DNA from: a bacterium
Lineage (GTDB): Bacteria > JADJOY01
Length of the DNA stretch: 64,000 nucleotides
Direction: 5' to 3'
Assembly (NCBI GenBank): GCA_046331705.1
Contig: JAXLQJ010000017.1
Coordinates: forward strand, 62,001 to 126,000
This document shows, in pieces, positions 20,864 to 30,892 of this stretch. The translations under genes and the position numbers were made by a program. How positions within the stretch are numbered: the first letter of the stretch is position 1; each line of letters begins with the position of its first letter. Under the pieces are notes generated by a model. It saw nothing but the letters and a program-made list of their open reading frames with translations. It ran no database searches and had not been told where the DNA came from.

Positions 20864-20905
20864 GCCGCGCACCGGGCCCAACGAGAGCACGAAAGGTCGT
20901 CACCG

Positions 20906-21700
20906 ATGATTCCGTATTTCGTCCAGCCGAGCCTCCACCTCTTCGGCCCGTTCACCATCCACGGCTGGGGCGTGGCGGTGTGCACGGGGATCCTCCTCGG
21001 CACGTACGTGGCCGCCAAGCGCGCCGAGACCCTCGGCCTCGACCCCGACGTCGTGAACGACTACGGCGTGTGGGCCGTCGTCTCCGGCTTCATCGGCGCC
21101 CACATCGTCGAGACCGTCTTCTACGAGACCGACGCCTTCCTCAAGAACCCGCTCGAGATCCTCAAGATCTGGCAGGGGTTCTCGTCGTACGGCGGCTTCA
21201 TTGGCACCTTCGTCGGGACGCTGATCTTCCGGCGGGTGCGCAAGATCCGCTTTCTCGACTACGCCGACTCGATCGCCCTCGGCATGGCTCCCGCGTGGAT
21301 GTTCGGGCGCATCGGCTGCTTCATGGCGCACGATCACCTGGGCATCCACTCGAACTCGTTCCTGGCGGTGAAGTTCCCCGATGGCGGCCGCTTCGATCTC
21401 GGCCTTCTCGAAGCGCTGCTCTCCGCGGGCCTCACGCTGCTCATGATGTCGATGCGGAACGTCAAGGGGCGTGGCGTCTCCGCCGGCACGCTGATGTTCG
21501 CGTACTCGCTGGCGCGCTTCTTCCTCGACTTCCTTCGCATCGGCGACACCACCTATTTCGGCCTCACGCCCGCCCAGTACGGAACGTTCCTGATCGGCGG
21601 CCTCGGCGTGTGGATGGTGGTGCGCGCCCGCCGCGAGCTCGTGAACGACCCCGAAGCCGCCAAGCTGCGGACCCTGCCCGCCCCCGCATCGGCGGCGTAG
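20906..21700 (+). CDS. lgt: Prolipoprotein diacylglyceryl transferase
   Basis: GPFTIHGWG, IWQGFSSYGG, GRIGCF, ARFFLDFLR, GLTPAQY; multiple TM helices. Confidence 0.85.
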   Translation: MIPYFVQPSLHLFGPFTIHGWGVAVCTGILLGTYVAAKRAETLGLDPDVVNDYGVWAVVSGFIGAHIVETVFYETDAFLKNPLEILKIWQGFSSYGGFIGTFVGTLIFRRVRKIRFLDYADSIALGMAPAWMFGRIGCFMAHDHLGIHSNSFLAVKFPDGGRFDLGLLEALLSAGLTLLMMSMRNVKGRGVSAGTLMFAYSLARFFLDFLRIGDTTYFGLTPAQYGTFLIGGLGVWMVVRARRELVNDPEAAKLRTLPAPASAA

Positions 21701-21736
21701 CGCGCGACCCGTCGCGGTCGCGCGCCATGGAGAGCG

Positions 21737-21767
21737 AACGGGCCCAGGGATCACCCCTGGGCCCGTT
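21737..21767. terminator. Hairpin between convergent genes
   Basis: AACGGGCCCAGGG-ATCAC-CCCTGGGCCCGTT, perfect 13-bp stem. Confidence 0.6.
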
Positions 21768-21808
21768 GCTGCGTTCGAGGCGCCAACGCGCGCGACGGCG
21801 CGCGCGGC

Positions 21809-22261
21809 TCAGCGTGCGCCGGGTTGGCGGCCGAGCTCTTGGATCTTCGTGAGGTAGCGCTGCAGGACTTGAGTCTGTTCGTTCGCCCACGCCACACAGC
21901 TTCCCATGTGCTTGCGGGCCTCCGAGCCTTCCTTGCACTCCTTGGCGGCTCGCGAGAAATCTCGCTCGGCACCCTGGGTGAGCGCCAGCGCCTGGCCGGT
22001 GTTGCTCTGGGCGAGCGGCGCCGCGTCCTCCGCCTTCTTGAGCCCCTCGTCGTAGAGGTCGCGGCCCTTCTGCGAGCAATCCTGGCCGACGGTGGTCGCG
22101 GCCTGGGAGCAGCCCTTCTGCAGCTCGATCTGTTGCTGGATGTGGTTCACCGGCTCGGCGGACGCGCTGCCGACGCCGACCGCGAGCCCGGAGGCCATCG
22201 CCAGCCCGATCGCAAGCGCCTCCGCTCGCCTTCCCGCCGACCGCGACGATCGCCGTGCCAT
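21809..22261 (-). CDS. Small secreted helical protein with 4 Cys
   Basis: GGAGG SD then ATG 22261; MARRSSRSAGRR...GVGSASA signal peptide; Gln/Lys/Glu-rich mature part; directly downstream of the pilC-like gene. Confidence 0.7.
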   Translation of the reverse strand: MARRSSRSAGRRAEALAIGLAMASGLAVGVGSASAEPVNHIQQQIELQKGCSQAATTVGQDCSQKGRDLYDEGLKKAEDAAPLAQSNTGQALALTQGAERDFSRAAKECKEGSEARKHMGSCVAWANEQTQVLQRYLTKIQELGRQPGAR

Positions 22262-22281
22262 GTCGATCCTCCGTCCGCGTC

Positions 22282-23571
22282 TCACTGCACGACCTGGATC
22301 AGTCGGAAGTACGGCAGGAACATCGAGAGCGCCACGAACAGCACGACGACGCCCATGAAGCCGAGCAAGAGCGGCTCGACCAGCGTGCCCACGACCGCGG
22401 TCTGGTAGTCGACCTCGCGCTGGTGATGGCTCGCCACCGCCGCCATCGCCTCGGGCATGCGCCCCGACTCCTCGCCGACGGCGACCATGTCGAGCACCAG
22501 GCTGGGCAGGAAGCGAAACGGCAGGAAGCTCTCGTGGAGCGTCCGGCCGCGCTCGACGTTGCCGCGGATGTAGCGGAACGCGTCCTGGAACAGGATGTTC
22601 GGGATCGCCTCGCCCACCAGATCGAGGGTCTTGAGCAGCGGCACGCCGGCCTGGAGCAGGATCGACATCATCGTCGAGAACTGCACCGTGTAGATGTTGG
22701 TGAGGATGGGCCCGAAGATGGGCAGGTGCACCTCGATGCGGTGCAGGAGCGGCTTGAACCCGCCGCGCTTGCGCGCCTGCAAGAACACGAGATACGCGAC
22801 CAGCAGCGAGAGCACGATCCACGCCCAAGCATTCGTCACGGCGTTCGAGAAGCCGAACACGATCCGGGTGATCGTGGGCAGGTCGGCGCTGTTCATCTCG
22901 AGCTGATCCTTGAAGACCGGGATCACGAAGACCAGCAGCACCAGCACCACGGCAATGGCGAGGACGAACACGATGAGCGGATAGGTGACCGCCTTCGAGA
23001 GCGTGCGCTTGGTGTCGGACTCGCGATCGCGGTAATTGGCGAGGTAGTCGATCACCTTCACGAGCGAACCCGACTCCTCACCGGTGCGGATCACGCTGAC
23101 GATCATGTTGTTGAACCAGCGCGGGTGCTTGGCGAGCGCCGCCCACAGCTGGATTCCGCGCTCGACGTCGGTCATCACCTCCGTCAGCGAGGCGCGGAAC
23201 TCGGCGCTCTCGCTACGCGTGCTCAGGATCTGAAGCGCCCGCATCAACGGGATGCCCGCGCTCAAGAGCACCGAGAGCTGCCGCAGGAAGACGTTCACCA
23301 CCTCGGGATCGGGCTTGCGCGAGCTGCGCGCGAACGGATTCGACGGTGCGGCGTTGCTGCTCGCGGCACTCGGCGGCGGCGGTGGCGGCGGCGCGGCGGA
23401 GGAAGCGCCGCCGACTCCCGCACCCGGCAGCTCGTCGGCGGTCTTGGCCGCGAGGGTCTGGCGGATCGAGTCGGCAACCGATCCGCTCGCGGCTGCCGGC
23501 GCGGGCGCCGGTGCGGCAGCGGACGACGCCGCCGCCTTGCTGGACTTCGACTGCTTCTTGGTTTCGGCCAT
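22282..23571 (-). CDS. Type II secretion F / PilC family platform protein
   Basis: FLRQLSVLLSAGIPL, GEESGSL, AVTYP, FVIPVF, LPTITR, second GEESG, LVEP, SMFLP; Pro/Ala-rich N-terminal extension. Confidence 0.9.
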   Translation of the reverse strand: MAETKKQSKSSKAAASSAAAPAPAPAAASGSVADSIRQTLAAKTADELPGAGVGGASSAAPPPPPPPSAASSNAAPSNPFARSSRKPDPEVVNVFLRQLSVLLSAGIPLMRALQILSTRSESAEFRASLTEVMTDVERGIQLWAALAKHPRWFNNMIVSVIRTGEESGSLVKVIDYLANYRDRESDTKRTLSKAVTYPLIVFVLAIAVVLVLLVFVIPVFKDQLEMNSADLPTITRIVFGFSNAVTNAWAWIVLSLLVAYLVFLQARKRGGFKPLLHRIEVHLPIFGPILTNIYTVQFSTMMSILLQAGVPLLKTLDLVGEAIPNILFQDAFRYIRGNVERGRTLHESFLPFRFLPSLVLDMVAVGEESGRMPEAMAAVASHHQREVDYQTAVVGTLVEPLLLGFMGVVVLFVALSMFLPYFRLIQVVQ

Positions 23572-23666
23572 TGGGGGGACCCCTTCGAACGAGAGCGGGT
23601 TGGAGGAACTCCCCTCGACCATCGCGCCCAGCGCGCGGAGCGCCCGATCCGCGCGGCAGGCGATCG

Positions 23667-24902
23667 TCAGCCGAGGACGCGCACGTACTCCTCGATCGTC
23701 GTCAGCCCTTCACGGACCTTGGCGAGCCCCGAATCGCGCAGGGTTCGCAGTCCGTCGTCCAGGGCTTGCTTGCGAATCTGCTCTTCGGTGGCGCCCGACA
23801 TGATGAGGCTGCGCACCTTGTTGGTCACGTTGAAGATCTCGAAGATGCCGAGTCGGCCGCGATAGCCCGTGTTGAAGCACGCCTCGCAACCCGCGCCGCG
23901 CACCAGGTTGTAGCCGCTCATGTCCTTCGCCGAGAGGTGGAGCGCCTCGGCGGCGGCCTTCTTGTTGCGGATCGGCTCGGCGCAGTGGCTGCAGACCTTG
24001 CGCACCAACCGCTGCGCCAGCGAGCCCACCAGCGCGTTCGCGATCAGGAAGCGGTTGATGTTGAAGTTCGTGAGCGTGGTCACCGAGCCCACGGCCTCGT
24101 TGGCGTGCAGCGTCGAGAACACCAACATGCCGGTGAGCCCGGCGCGGATGGCGATCTTCGCCGTCTCCTCGTCGCGGATCTCGCCGACCAGGATCACGTT
24201 GGGGTCCTGACGCAAGATGGCGCGCAAGCCGTACACGAAGTCGAACGCGACCTTGTAGTTGACCTCGATCTGGTTCGCCCCGGGGATCACGTACTCGATC
24301 GGATCCTCGATGGTCATCACGTTGAGGCCGGCCTTGTCGATCTTGTTGATGCAGGAATAGAGCGTGGTGGTCTTGCCGCTGCCGACGGGGCCGGTGGCGA
24401 GCACGATCCCGTGCGGCTTGGCGATGAAGCCGTCGACGATCGCGACTTCCTCGGCGGCCATGCCGAGATCCTCGAGCGAGGTGAACAGGCGCCCGCCCTC
24501 GGCGAGCCGGATGCCCATGCGCTCGCCGAAGTTGGTGGGCACCGTCGCGATGCGCATGTCGTACTCGGACGCCTCGGTGGAGAACCGGTAGTGCCCGTCC
24601 TGCGGCAGGCGCCGCTCGGTGATGTCCATGTCCGCGAGGATCTTGATGCGCGAGATGATCTCGCGGCCGGTCGTGTGATCGACGCGCCCCACCTCGTAGA
24701 GGAAGCCATCGACGCGGTAGCGGATGTTGAAGCCGTCGCGTCGGGGCTCGATGTGGATGTCGGTGGCGCGCGAGCCCACCGCCTTCTCGATCAGCGTGGC
24801 GACGGTCTCGACGGCGGAGTTCGTGTTGATGGGCAGCGGCTCACCCGCGAAGCGCAGGTTGGCACCGCGCGAGGCCACCGAGCTGGAAGCGAGCTCCGCC
24901 AT
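23667..24902 (-). CDS. GspE/PilB family assembly ATPase (short, no N-terminal MshEN-like domain)
   Basis: ATDIHIEP, RLPQDG, GPVGSGKTTT, TIEDPIEY, LRQDPNVILVGEIRD, STLH, CxxC...CxxC. Confidence 0.9.
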   Translation of the reverse strand: MAELASSSVASRGANLRFAGEPLPINTNSAVETVATLIEKAVGSRATDIHIEPRRDGFNIRYRVDGFLYEVGRVDHTTGREIISRIKILADMDITERRLPQDGHYRFSTEASEYDMRIATVPTNFGERMGIRLAEGGRLFTSLEDLGMAAEEVAIVDGFIAKPHGIVLATGPVGSGKTTTLYSCINKIDKAGLNVMTIEDPIEYVIPGANQIEVNYKVAFDFVYGLRAILRQDPNVILVGEIRDEETAKIAIRAGLTGMLVFSTLHANEAVGSVTTLTNFNINRFLIANALVGSLAQRLVRKVCSHCAEPIRNKKAAAEALHLSAKDMSGYNLVRGAGCEACFNTGYRGRLGIFEIFNVTNKVRSLIMSGATEEQIRKQALDDGLRTLRDSGLAKVREGLTTIEEYVRVLG

Positions 24903-25165
24903 CGAACACTCCTCTCACGCAGTCCCGTGACCGGGAATGCACACACCCCTGTTGTGGCCTGCCGTCGCCTCGTCGAGGCACCGAGCTCGCTCCGGGGAAC
25001 GCCCCGAATCCCCGCGCTCGGCTCGTCGCTCGGTCTCGATGCTCGGCGGCGCCCATCGCGCGCGGGCCCGAGGTTCCGAACGAGCGGCGCGATGCTACAT
25101 CGGCCTTTCGTCGGGCCGCAACCAAATCGCGGTGATCTTCGAGCGGGACGCCCGCCACACGAGCG

Positions 25166-25642
25166 TCACGCCGTCGTTTTGATCGGCCAGCTCGCGTCGC
25201 CGAATCTCGCCCTCGCTGGCACGCGCTCGGAGTCGACGTGACGCAGCGCGAAGTCGAGCCACGCGTGCCGCCCGAAGCGGGCGGCGAAGCCGCCGTCGAC
25301 GTCGCCGTAGAGGAACGCGTCGCCACGCATCCGCAAGGTATCGAGCGCCAGGCGACGCTCGAGCCCGCCCTGACAGGTCACGGGGAGGTGGGCGGGACGG
25401 TCCGGGGATGGCGCGTCGGCGAAGCTCGCGATCACGTAGAGCGCGTCCGCCGGCGCGAGCTCGTTGCGCTCACCCGCGCAGAGCGAGTAGTACCCGCCGG
25501 CTTCGTCGCGACGAACGACCGCGAGCAGCTGACGAATCACCGCCGCGTCGGCGATCTCCGTCCCGGCGTGGAAGACGCGGCCCTCGAAGTCGATCGAATA
25601 GCGATACGTCCGCCGCGGTCTCGATGCCGGCGAGGGCCCCAC
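25166..25642 (-). CDS. Hypothetical protein, C8orf82/DUF4505-like
   Basis: RTYRYSIDFEGRVF...YYSLCAGERNEL...DALYVI resembles my recollection of the C8orf82 pattern; follows the WS/DGAT gene by 4 nt. Confidence 0.55.
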   Translation of the reverse strand: MGPSPASRPRRTYRYSIDFEGRVFHAGTEIADAAVIRQLLAVVRRDEAGGYYSLCAGERNELAPADALYVIASFADAPSPDRPAHLPVTCQGGLERRLALDTLRMRGDAFLYGDVDGGFAARFGRHAWLDFALRHVDSERVPARARFGDASWPIKTTA

Positions 25643-25646
25643 GTCG

Positions 25647-27140
25647 TCACGTCCGCCGGCGCGGTGCCGCGCGCCGTGGCGCGGCGCGGACCGAGCGTGA
25701 TGCGCGGCGCGCGGCGGGCCGGGGCCGACCGGCCGCGCCGGCGAGCGACTCGAGCTCGGCGAACGCAGCGTCGAGCTCGGCGCCGAAGCGCTCGAGGTCC
25801 GCCATCGCGTCCCAGTCGCCCATCAGCCCGAAGCACAGCGCGCCGGCGTAACTCACCACGGCGACGCTCATCGTCAGGTTGGGCGCCAGCGGAACGCACG
25901 GAAAGACCTCGCGCAAGCGCGCTCCCGCGAAGTAGAGCGGGAATTGTGGCCCCGGCACGTTCGTCACGACCAGGTTCACGAACCGCTGCGCCCACTGGAG
26001 CCGCACGGCTTGCTGGAGCAGCGTCGCCGGCGCGAATCCCGAGAAGCTGGTGAGCATCTGCGCACCCACCATCTCGTGCGAGCGCTTGAGCTCGGCGGTG
26101 CGCGCGACCAGCGTCGCGTGACGGCGGCGCGGATCGGCCTCGCCCACCGGCAACCCCACCACGAGCGCGGACACGCGATTGCCGAGCGCGCCCGCCTGCG
26201 CGGCATCGCGCACGCTCACCGGCACCAAGGCGTGCAGCTCCAAGCCGCGCACCGCCTCACGGCGTTCGAGGAGCAACGCGCGCAGCGCTCCGGCGACTGC
26301 CGCGAGCACGACGTCGTTCACGGTGCCGCCGAGGGCGTTCTTGACCGCCTTGGCTCGGGCCAGCGCGACGGTTCGCCCCACGAAGCGCCGGTGCGGGCCG
26401 ATCGGGCGGTTGAGCGAGGTCCGCGGCGCGAAGCCACCACCGACCAGCGAGACCATGCCTTCTCGGAGGTCGTCGAGCCTGGCGAGCGTCTCGCGGGGCG
26501 TGCGCAGCGCCTCGCGCAGCGTGCGGCCGCGCGCGGAATCGAGCGTCGCGCGCTCGATCCAGGCATCGACGAGCCGCAGCGCTTCGCTCGGCGCGGGGCG
26601 CGCGACGAAGGGCGCGGGCGGCGGCGGCTCGGGCGTATCGTCGTCGGCGTCGAAGAGATGGGCGGCGAGCTCCATCCCTGCGACGCCGTCGACCATGCCG
26701 TGATGGGTCTTCCACACCAGCGCCACCCGATCGCCAGCGAGCCCATCCACGACGTCGAGCTCCCAGAGCGGTCGGTGCCGGTCGAGCTGTTGCGACATCA
26801 AGCGCCCGACCAGCGCGGCGAGCGAGGCGTCGTCGCCCGGCGCCGGCAGCGCGCTCATGCGGACGTGGTAGCGGATGTTGAAGTGGGAGTCGTCGACCCA
26901 CAGCGGCCGGCCCTGGCCGAGAGGAACGAACGCGAGCTTCTGGCGAAAGCGCGGCACGCGATCGAGGCGCGCCTCGATGCGTCGGATGAGCCGCGGTTGA
27001 TCGAGCCAGCCGCGTGAATCCCTGAGCCGCGCGCCTTCGAAGATCGACACCGCCCCGACGTGCATCGGGGTCGAGGGGCCCTCCAGGTGCAGAAAGGCCG
27101 CGTCGAGCGCGCTCAGGCGATCGGCATTCGCTGGATCCAT
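25647..27140 (-). CDS. Wax ester synthase / diacylglycerol acyltransferase (WS/DGAT)
   Basis: RLSALDAAFLHLE..TPMHVG, LDRHRPLWE, HHGMVDG catalytic motif, TVNDVVLA, NLVVTNVPGP. Alternative start 27158. Confidence 0.93.
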   Translation of the reverse strand: MDPANADRLSALDAAFLHLEGPSTPMHVGAVSIFEGARLRDSRGWLDQPRLIRRIEARLDRVPRFRQKLAFVPLGQGRPLWVDDSHFNIRYHVRMSALPAPGDDASLAALVGRLMSQQLDRHRPLWELDVVDGLAGDRVALVWKTHHGMVDGVAGMELAAHLFDADDDTPEPPPPAPFVARPAPSEALRLVDAWIERATLDSARGRTLREALRTPRETLARLDDLREGMVSLVGGGFAPRTSLNRPIGPHRRFVGRTVALARAKAVKNALGGTVNDVVLAAVAGALRALLLERREAVRGLELHALVPVSVRDAAQAGALGNRVSALVVGLPVGEADPRRRHATLVARTAELKRSHEMVGAQMLTSFSGFAPATLLQQAVRLQWAQRFVNLVVTNVPGPQFPLYFAGARLREVFPCVPLAPNLTMSVAVVSYAGALCFGLMGDWDAMADLERFGAELDAAFAELESLAGAAGRPRPAARRASRSVRAAPRRAAPRRRT

Positions 27141-27185
27141 CGCCCGCGCCGCCGCCATCTCACACGCGCCGTGTCGCGCCGTGCG

Positions 27186-28469
27186 TCAGGGCTTGCGCTG
27201 CTTGCCCGTCTTGCCGGCGCTGCTCGGCTTGCTCTGCGCCGGTGGACTCGCCCGCGGCGCTGGCGGGCTCGGCGGCGCGGGCGGCGCCACGGCGGGCGCC
27301 ACGGGTGCAACCGGTGCCGGCTCCGTGGACGGCGGCGCGATGCTGCTGGGCAAGACGTCGTCGGAGATCGAGCGCGGCTCGTTGGCCGCCCCTGGCGGCG
27401 AGCCGAGATCGCCCAGCTCGAACACCAGCACGTCGTCGAAGCCCACGGCGATCCGCTCGCCGGAATGCGACCACGCCAGATCGCTGGCACGATCCTGGCC
27501 CGTGGGCGAGCCGCCCACCTCTTCCCACGAGCGGGTGTTCCACACCGCGATGCGGTAGCTCGGACGCGCGTTGGCGGGTGCGCCCTTGGGCAGCGGTTCG
27601 CGCACGAACGCGGCCAGCACCGGCGCGTCGACGCGCGGATTCCACGTGAGCTCGAGCGCGCATCGTCCAGGCTGCGGAATGGTCTTGAAGACCGTCCACG
27701 TGGTGGCGTCGAAGATCACCAGCTCGCTGGTCGATGCATCGACCTCGCAGCCCTTGTCGCCCTCGACCCACACCGCGAGCCAGGCTCCGTTCGGGCTCCA
27801 CGCCACCTGACCGATCCTCCCCGTGGGGCGGCGCAGCGACTTGATCTGCTCCCACGCCCGCGAATCCCAGACCGAGATCAGGTTCCACGACACGATCCCG
27901 AGCTGGCGGCCGTCGCCGCGCCACACGATCCCGCCCCAATCGTCGAATCGCCCGATGAAGTTGAGCGCTTGGTCGTAGATGAGGACTTGGCTGGTGGGCT
28001 TGGCGCCGAAATCCTTCAGGTTCGCCGCGAGGTACGCCCCGTCCGGGCTGAAACGCACGCTGGTGAAATGCCCCTTCGGCTCCTTGAGGCGGCGTCCCGC
28101 CACGCGATCCGCGATGCGCAGGGTGCGGATCTCGGGATCGAGGCCGGCGCAATCCGCGCCGATCTTGCCGGCCTGCGTGTAAGCCAGCGTGTTGCCGTCC
28201 GGGCTGAGATCGAAGTCGAGCGCGCCCGCGCCCGGGACCTCGACGAGCGTCGTGGTCGAGGTGCCGTCGAGCTTCATCCACTCGATGCCACGCCCCTTGT
28301 TGTAGATCAGCCCGCTGTCGTCGGCGGTCCAGACGATCCGCCGCCGGTCGCCGGTGGGGACGGCGCACGCGCCGGCACGCGCGGCGCGCGCGTCGACCGC
28401 CACCGAGGCCATCGCCAGCGCCACGACCACGCAGATCCGCACCCGGGACGTCGCCGCTCGTTCGCTCAT
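27186..28469 (-). CDS. Secreted WD40/beta-propeller protein with Pro-rich tail
   Basis: Signal peptide; repeats LSPDG, FSPDG, WRGDG, WSPNG, WSHSG. Confidence 0.75.
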   Translation of the reverse strand: MSERAATSRVRICVVVALAMASVAVDARAARAGACAVPTGDRRRIVWTADDSGLIYNKGRGIEWMKLDGTSTTTLVEVPGAGALDFDLSPDGNTLAYTQAGKIGADCAGLDPEIRTLRIADRVAGRRLKEPKGHFTSVRFSPDGAYLAANLKDFGAKPTSQVLIYDQALNFIGRFDDWGGIVWRGDGRQLGIVSWNLISVWDSRAWEQIKSLRRPTGRIGQVAWSPNGAWLAVWVEGDKGCEVDASTSELVIFDATTWTVFKTIPQPGRCALELTWNPRVDAPVLAAFVREPLPKGAPANARPSYRIAVWNTRSWEEVGGSPTGQDRASDLAWSHSGERIAVGFDDVLVFELGDLGSPPGAANEPRSISDDVLPSSIAPPSTEPAPVAPVAPAVAPPAPPSPPAPRASPPAQSKPSSAGKTGKQRKP

Positions 28470-28485
28470 CGCTCGCGCTCCTCGA

Positions 28486-28845
28486 TCACGCCATGCGTTC
28501 GCGCTGGACAGGGCTCGCGCCGTGCAGGCGCTCGACTTCCCGTGTCATGCGCGCCTGAAGGCCGAGCGCCAGCATGCGGAAATCGGCGCGCAGCGACCAC
28601 GAAGGGTAGGTCCAGCTGGCCGGTCGGTTTCCCTCCACCAGGAGATGACCGACCCAGGCCGGCCCGTACCCGAGCACCGGGGCCAGCAGCACGAACCCCG
28701 GCGAGAGCGTGAGCACGCCGAGCACGAGGCCCAACACCCCGCACGAGGTCCCCACGTAGTGGAGCAGGCGATTGATGGGGTCGCGGTGCTCGCCGACGTA
28801 ATGAGGCCAGAACTCCTCGTAGGAGGTGAACACCGGAGCGGTCAT
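28486..28845 (-). CDS. DUF962 (Mpo1-like) membrane protein
   Basis: FWPHYVGEH..PINRLLHYVG, GYGPAWVGH..VEGNRPA. Confidence 0.85.
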   Translation of the reverse strand: MTAPVFTSYEEFWPHYVGEHRDPINRLLHYVGTSCGVLGLVLGVLTLSPGFVLLAPVLGYGPAWVGHLLVEGNRPASWTYPSWSLRADFRMLALGLQARMTREVERLHGASPVQRERMA

Positions 28846-28896
28846 GGTGCTCCTCTCGCCGCGGCAACGCGCCGAAGGCGGTCGCCGCGCGCCGGC

Positions 28897-29778
28897 TCAG
28901 GTCCGCACCGCCAGCCGATCGAGGGCCTCGCGGTACTTCGCCGCGGTCTGGTTCACGATGTCGTCGGGAAGCACGGGCGCCGGCGGCTTGTGGTCCCAAC
29001 CCAAACCGTTGAGGTAATCGCGGACGAATTGCTTGTCGAAGGAGGGCTGCGAGGCGCCCGCCACGTAGCGGTCCTTCGGCCAGAAACGCGACGAGTCGGG
29101 AGTGAGCGCTTCGTCGATCCACACGAGCTCGCCGTCGCGGATGCCGAACTCGAACTTGGTGTCGGCGAGGATGATGCCGCGCGGCTCGGCCCAGGCCGCG
29201 GCGCGCTGGTAGATCTCGATGCTCACGTCGCGGACGCGGCGGGCGAGGTCGCCGCCCAGGATCTCCGCGGCCTGCTCGAAGGTGATGTTTTCGTCGTGCT
29301 GGCCGGCGGGCGCCTTGGTCGATGGCGTGAAGATCGGCTCGGGCAACCGCGCCGACTCGGTCAGCCCGGCGGGTAACCGAATGCCGCAGACGGTGCCTTG
29401 CTTCTTGTACTCGGCCCAGCCCGAGCCCGCGAGATAGCCGCGCACGATCGCCTCGACCTTGAGCGGCTCCGTCTTCTGAACGAGCACGGCGCGCCCCTCG
29501 ATGGAGGCGAGCACCGCCGGGTCCTTGACCACGTCGCCGAGCGGCCGACCCGTGAGATGGTTCGGGACGATGCCGTCGAGATGGGCGAACCAGAAGTTCG
29601 AGAGCTGCGTCAGCACCCAGCCCTTGCCGGGAATGGGTGTCGGCAGAACGACGTCGAACGCGGAGATCCGATCGGTGGCCACGATCAGCAGCCGGTCGCC
29701 GAGATCGTAGACGTCGCGAACCTTTCCGCGGAACTTGATCGTCAGCTCCGGGATGTTGGATTGAACGAGCGCTTCCAT
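28897..29778 (-). CDS. purC: SAICAR synthetase
   Basis: RGKVRDVY, ATDRISAFD, VRGYLAGSGW, FTPSTK, ADTKFEFG, DEALTPDSSRFW, DKQFVRD. Confidence 0.97.
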   Translation of the reverse strand: MEALVQSNIPELTIKFRGKVRDVYDLGDRLLIVATDRISAFDVVLPTPIPGKGWVLTQLSNFWFAHLDGIVPNHLTGRPLGDVVKDPAVLASIEGRAVLVQKTEPLKVEAIVRGYLAGSGWAEYKKQGTVCGIRLPAGLTESARLPEPIFTPSTKAPAGQHDENITFEQAAEILGGDLARRVRDVSIEIYQRAAAWAEPRGIILADTKFEFGIRDGELVWIDEALTPDSSRFWPKDRYVAGASQPSFDKQFVRDYLNGLGWDHKPPAPVLPDDIVNQTAAKYREALDRLAVRT

Positions 29779-30037
29779 GTGCTCCTCGCCTCACGGCTTC
29801 ACGAGAAGCACGAGAGCTTAGCAGGCGCTCCGGGGCTTGCGGTGCGCGCTCGTCGTTCGCGACACGCGGACGCCTGCCCGGTGGGCGCCCGACGGCTGGC
29901 GACGGCGATGCGCACCGAGAGGCGCGGTCGATCGTCCTGCCGCGCCACCGTGCGGTCGGCCGCGCCGGATCGCGCGCGCTCGTCTAGAGTGGCGCCGCCC
30001 CTCCCCACCGCAGTCGAGGAATCCGAGCGCCCCCTCC

Positions 30038-30892
30038 ATGGCCGACCGACATCAGCGCATCGCGCCCACCGCGCACTTCACGGCGTACACGTGGTACCGG
30101 CTGCGGCTGCCGTACGCGCAGCTCTTCGCCACCGCTCGCGGTGCCGCGCTCTTCTGGACCCTGAGGCTGACGATGGAATGGGCCGTGATGGTGCGCGGCC
30201 GCGTGCCCACGATGGCGCAGTACTTGGGCCAGCGCCACCGCGTGATCGATTGGGTGCTCGGGGAGCACGCGCCGGATCGCGTCGTCGAGCTCGGCGCCGG
30301 GCTCTCGCGGCGCGGCACGACCTGGGCCGCGGACCGCGGCACGCGCTACACGGAGATCGACCTGCCGCACATGATCGCGGCCAAGCGAGCGCTGCTCGCG
30401 GCGCGCGCTCCCGAGACGCTGCGCGCGACGCTCGCCGAGCGCCTCGAGCACCGCTCGCTCGACGTGGTGTCGCCCGACTTCGGCGGGCGCCTGGCCGAGC
30501 TGCTCGCCGGCGCCGCACGCCCGGTGGTGGTGGCCGAGGGGCTGCTCGGCTACCTCACGCTCGAGCAACGTCTGCGGCTCTTGGGCGCGATTCGCGAGGC
30601 GCTCGCGAGCGCCGGCGGCGGCACGTTCGTCCACGACGCGCACCTGAGCGAATCGCAGGCACGCGTGGGCGCGGCCAGCCGGGTGCTGCGCTCGCTGATC
30701 GGCGTGGTCACGCGCGGCCAGGGCGTGCGCGATCCGTTCCCCGACGCCGCCGCGGCGGAGGCGGCGTACCGCGAGGCGGGCTACACGCGAATCGAGCGAT
30801 TCCAGCCGCTCGCGTTGCTCGATCGCGTCCCCGGCCTCGCGCGCGTCTACGCGCCCGTCAACATCTACGCCCTCGGCGTGGAGCGGCGCTGA
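30038..30892 (+). CDS. Class I SAM-dependent methyltransferase (LCM-like)
   Basis: IAPTAHFTA, VVELGAGLS, EIDLP, VVAEGLLGYL. Confidence 0.8.
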   Translation: MADRHQRIAPTAHFTAYTWYRLRLPYAQLFATARGAALFWTLRLTMEWAVMVRGRVPTMAQYLGQRHRVIDWVLGEHAPDRVVELGAGLSRRGTTWAADRGTRYTEIDLPHMIAAKRALLAARAPETLRATLAERLEHRSLDVVSPDFGGRLAELLAGAARPVVVAEGLLGYLTLEQRLRLLGAIREALASAGGGTFVHDAHLSESQARVGAASRVLRSLIGVVTRGQGVRDPFPDAAAAEAAYREAGYTRIERFQPLALLDRVPGLARVYAPVNIYALGVERR

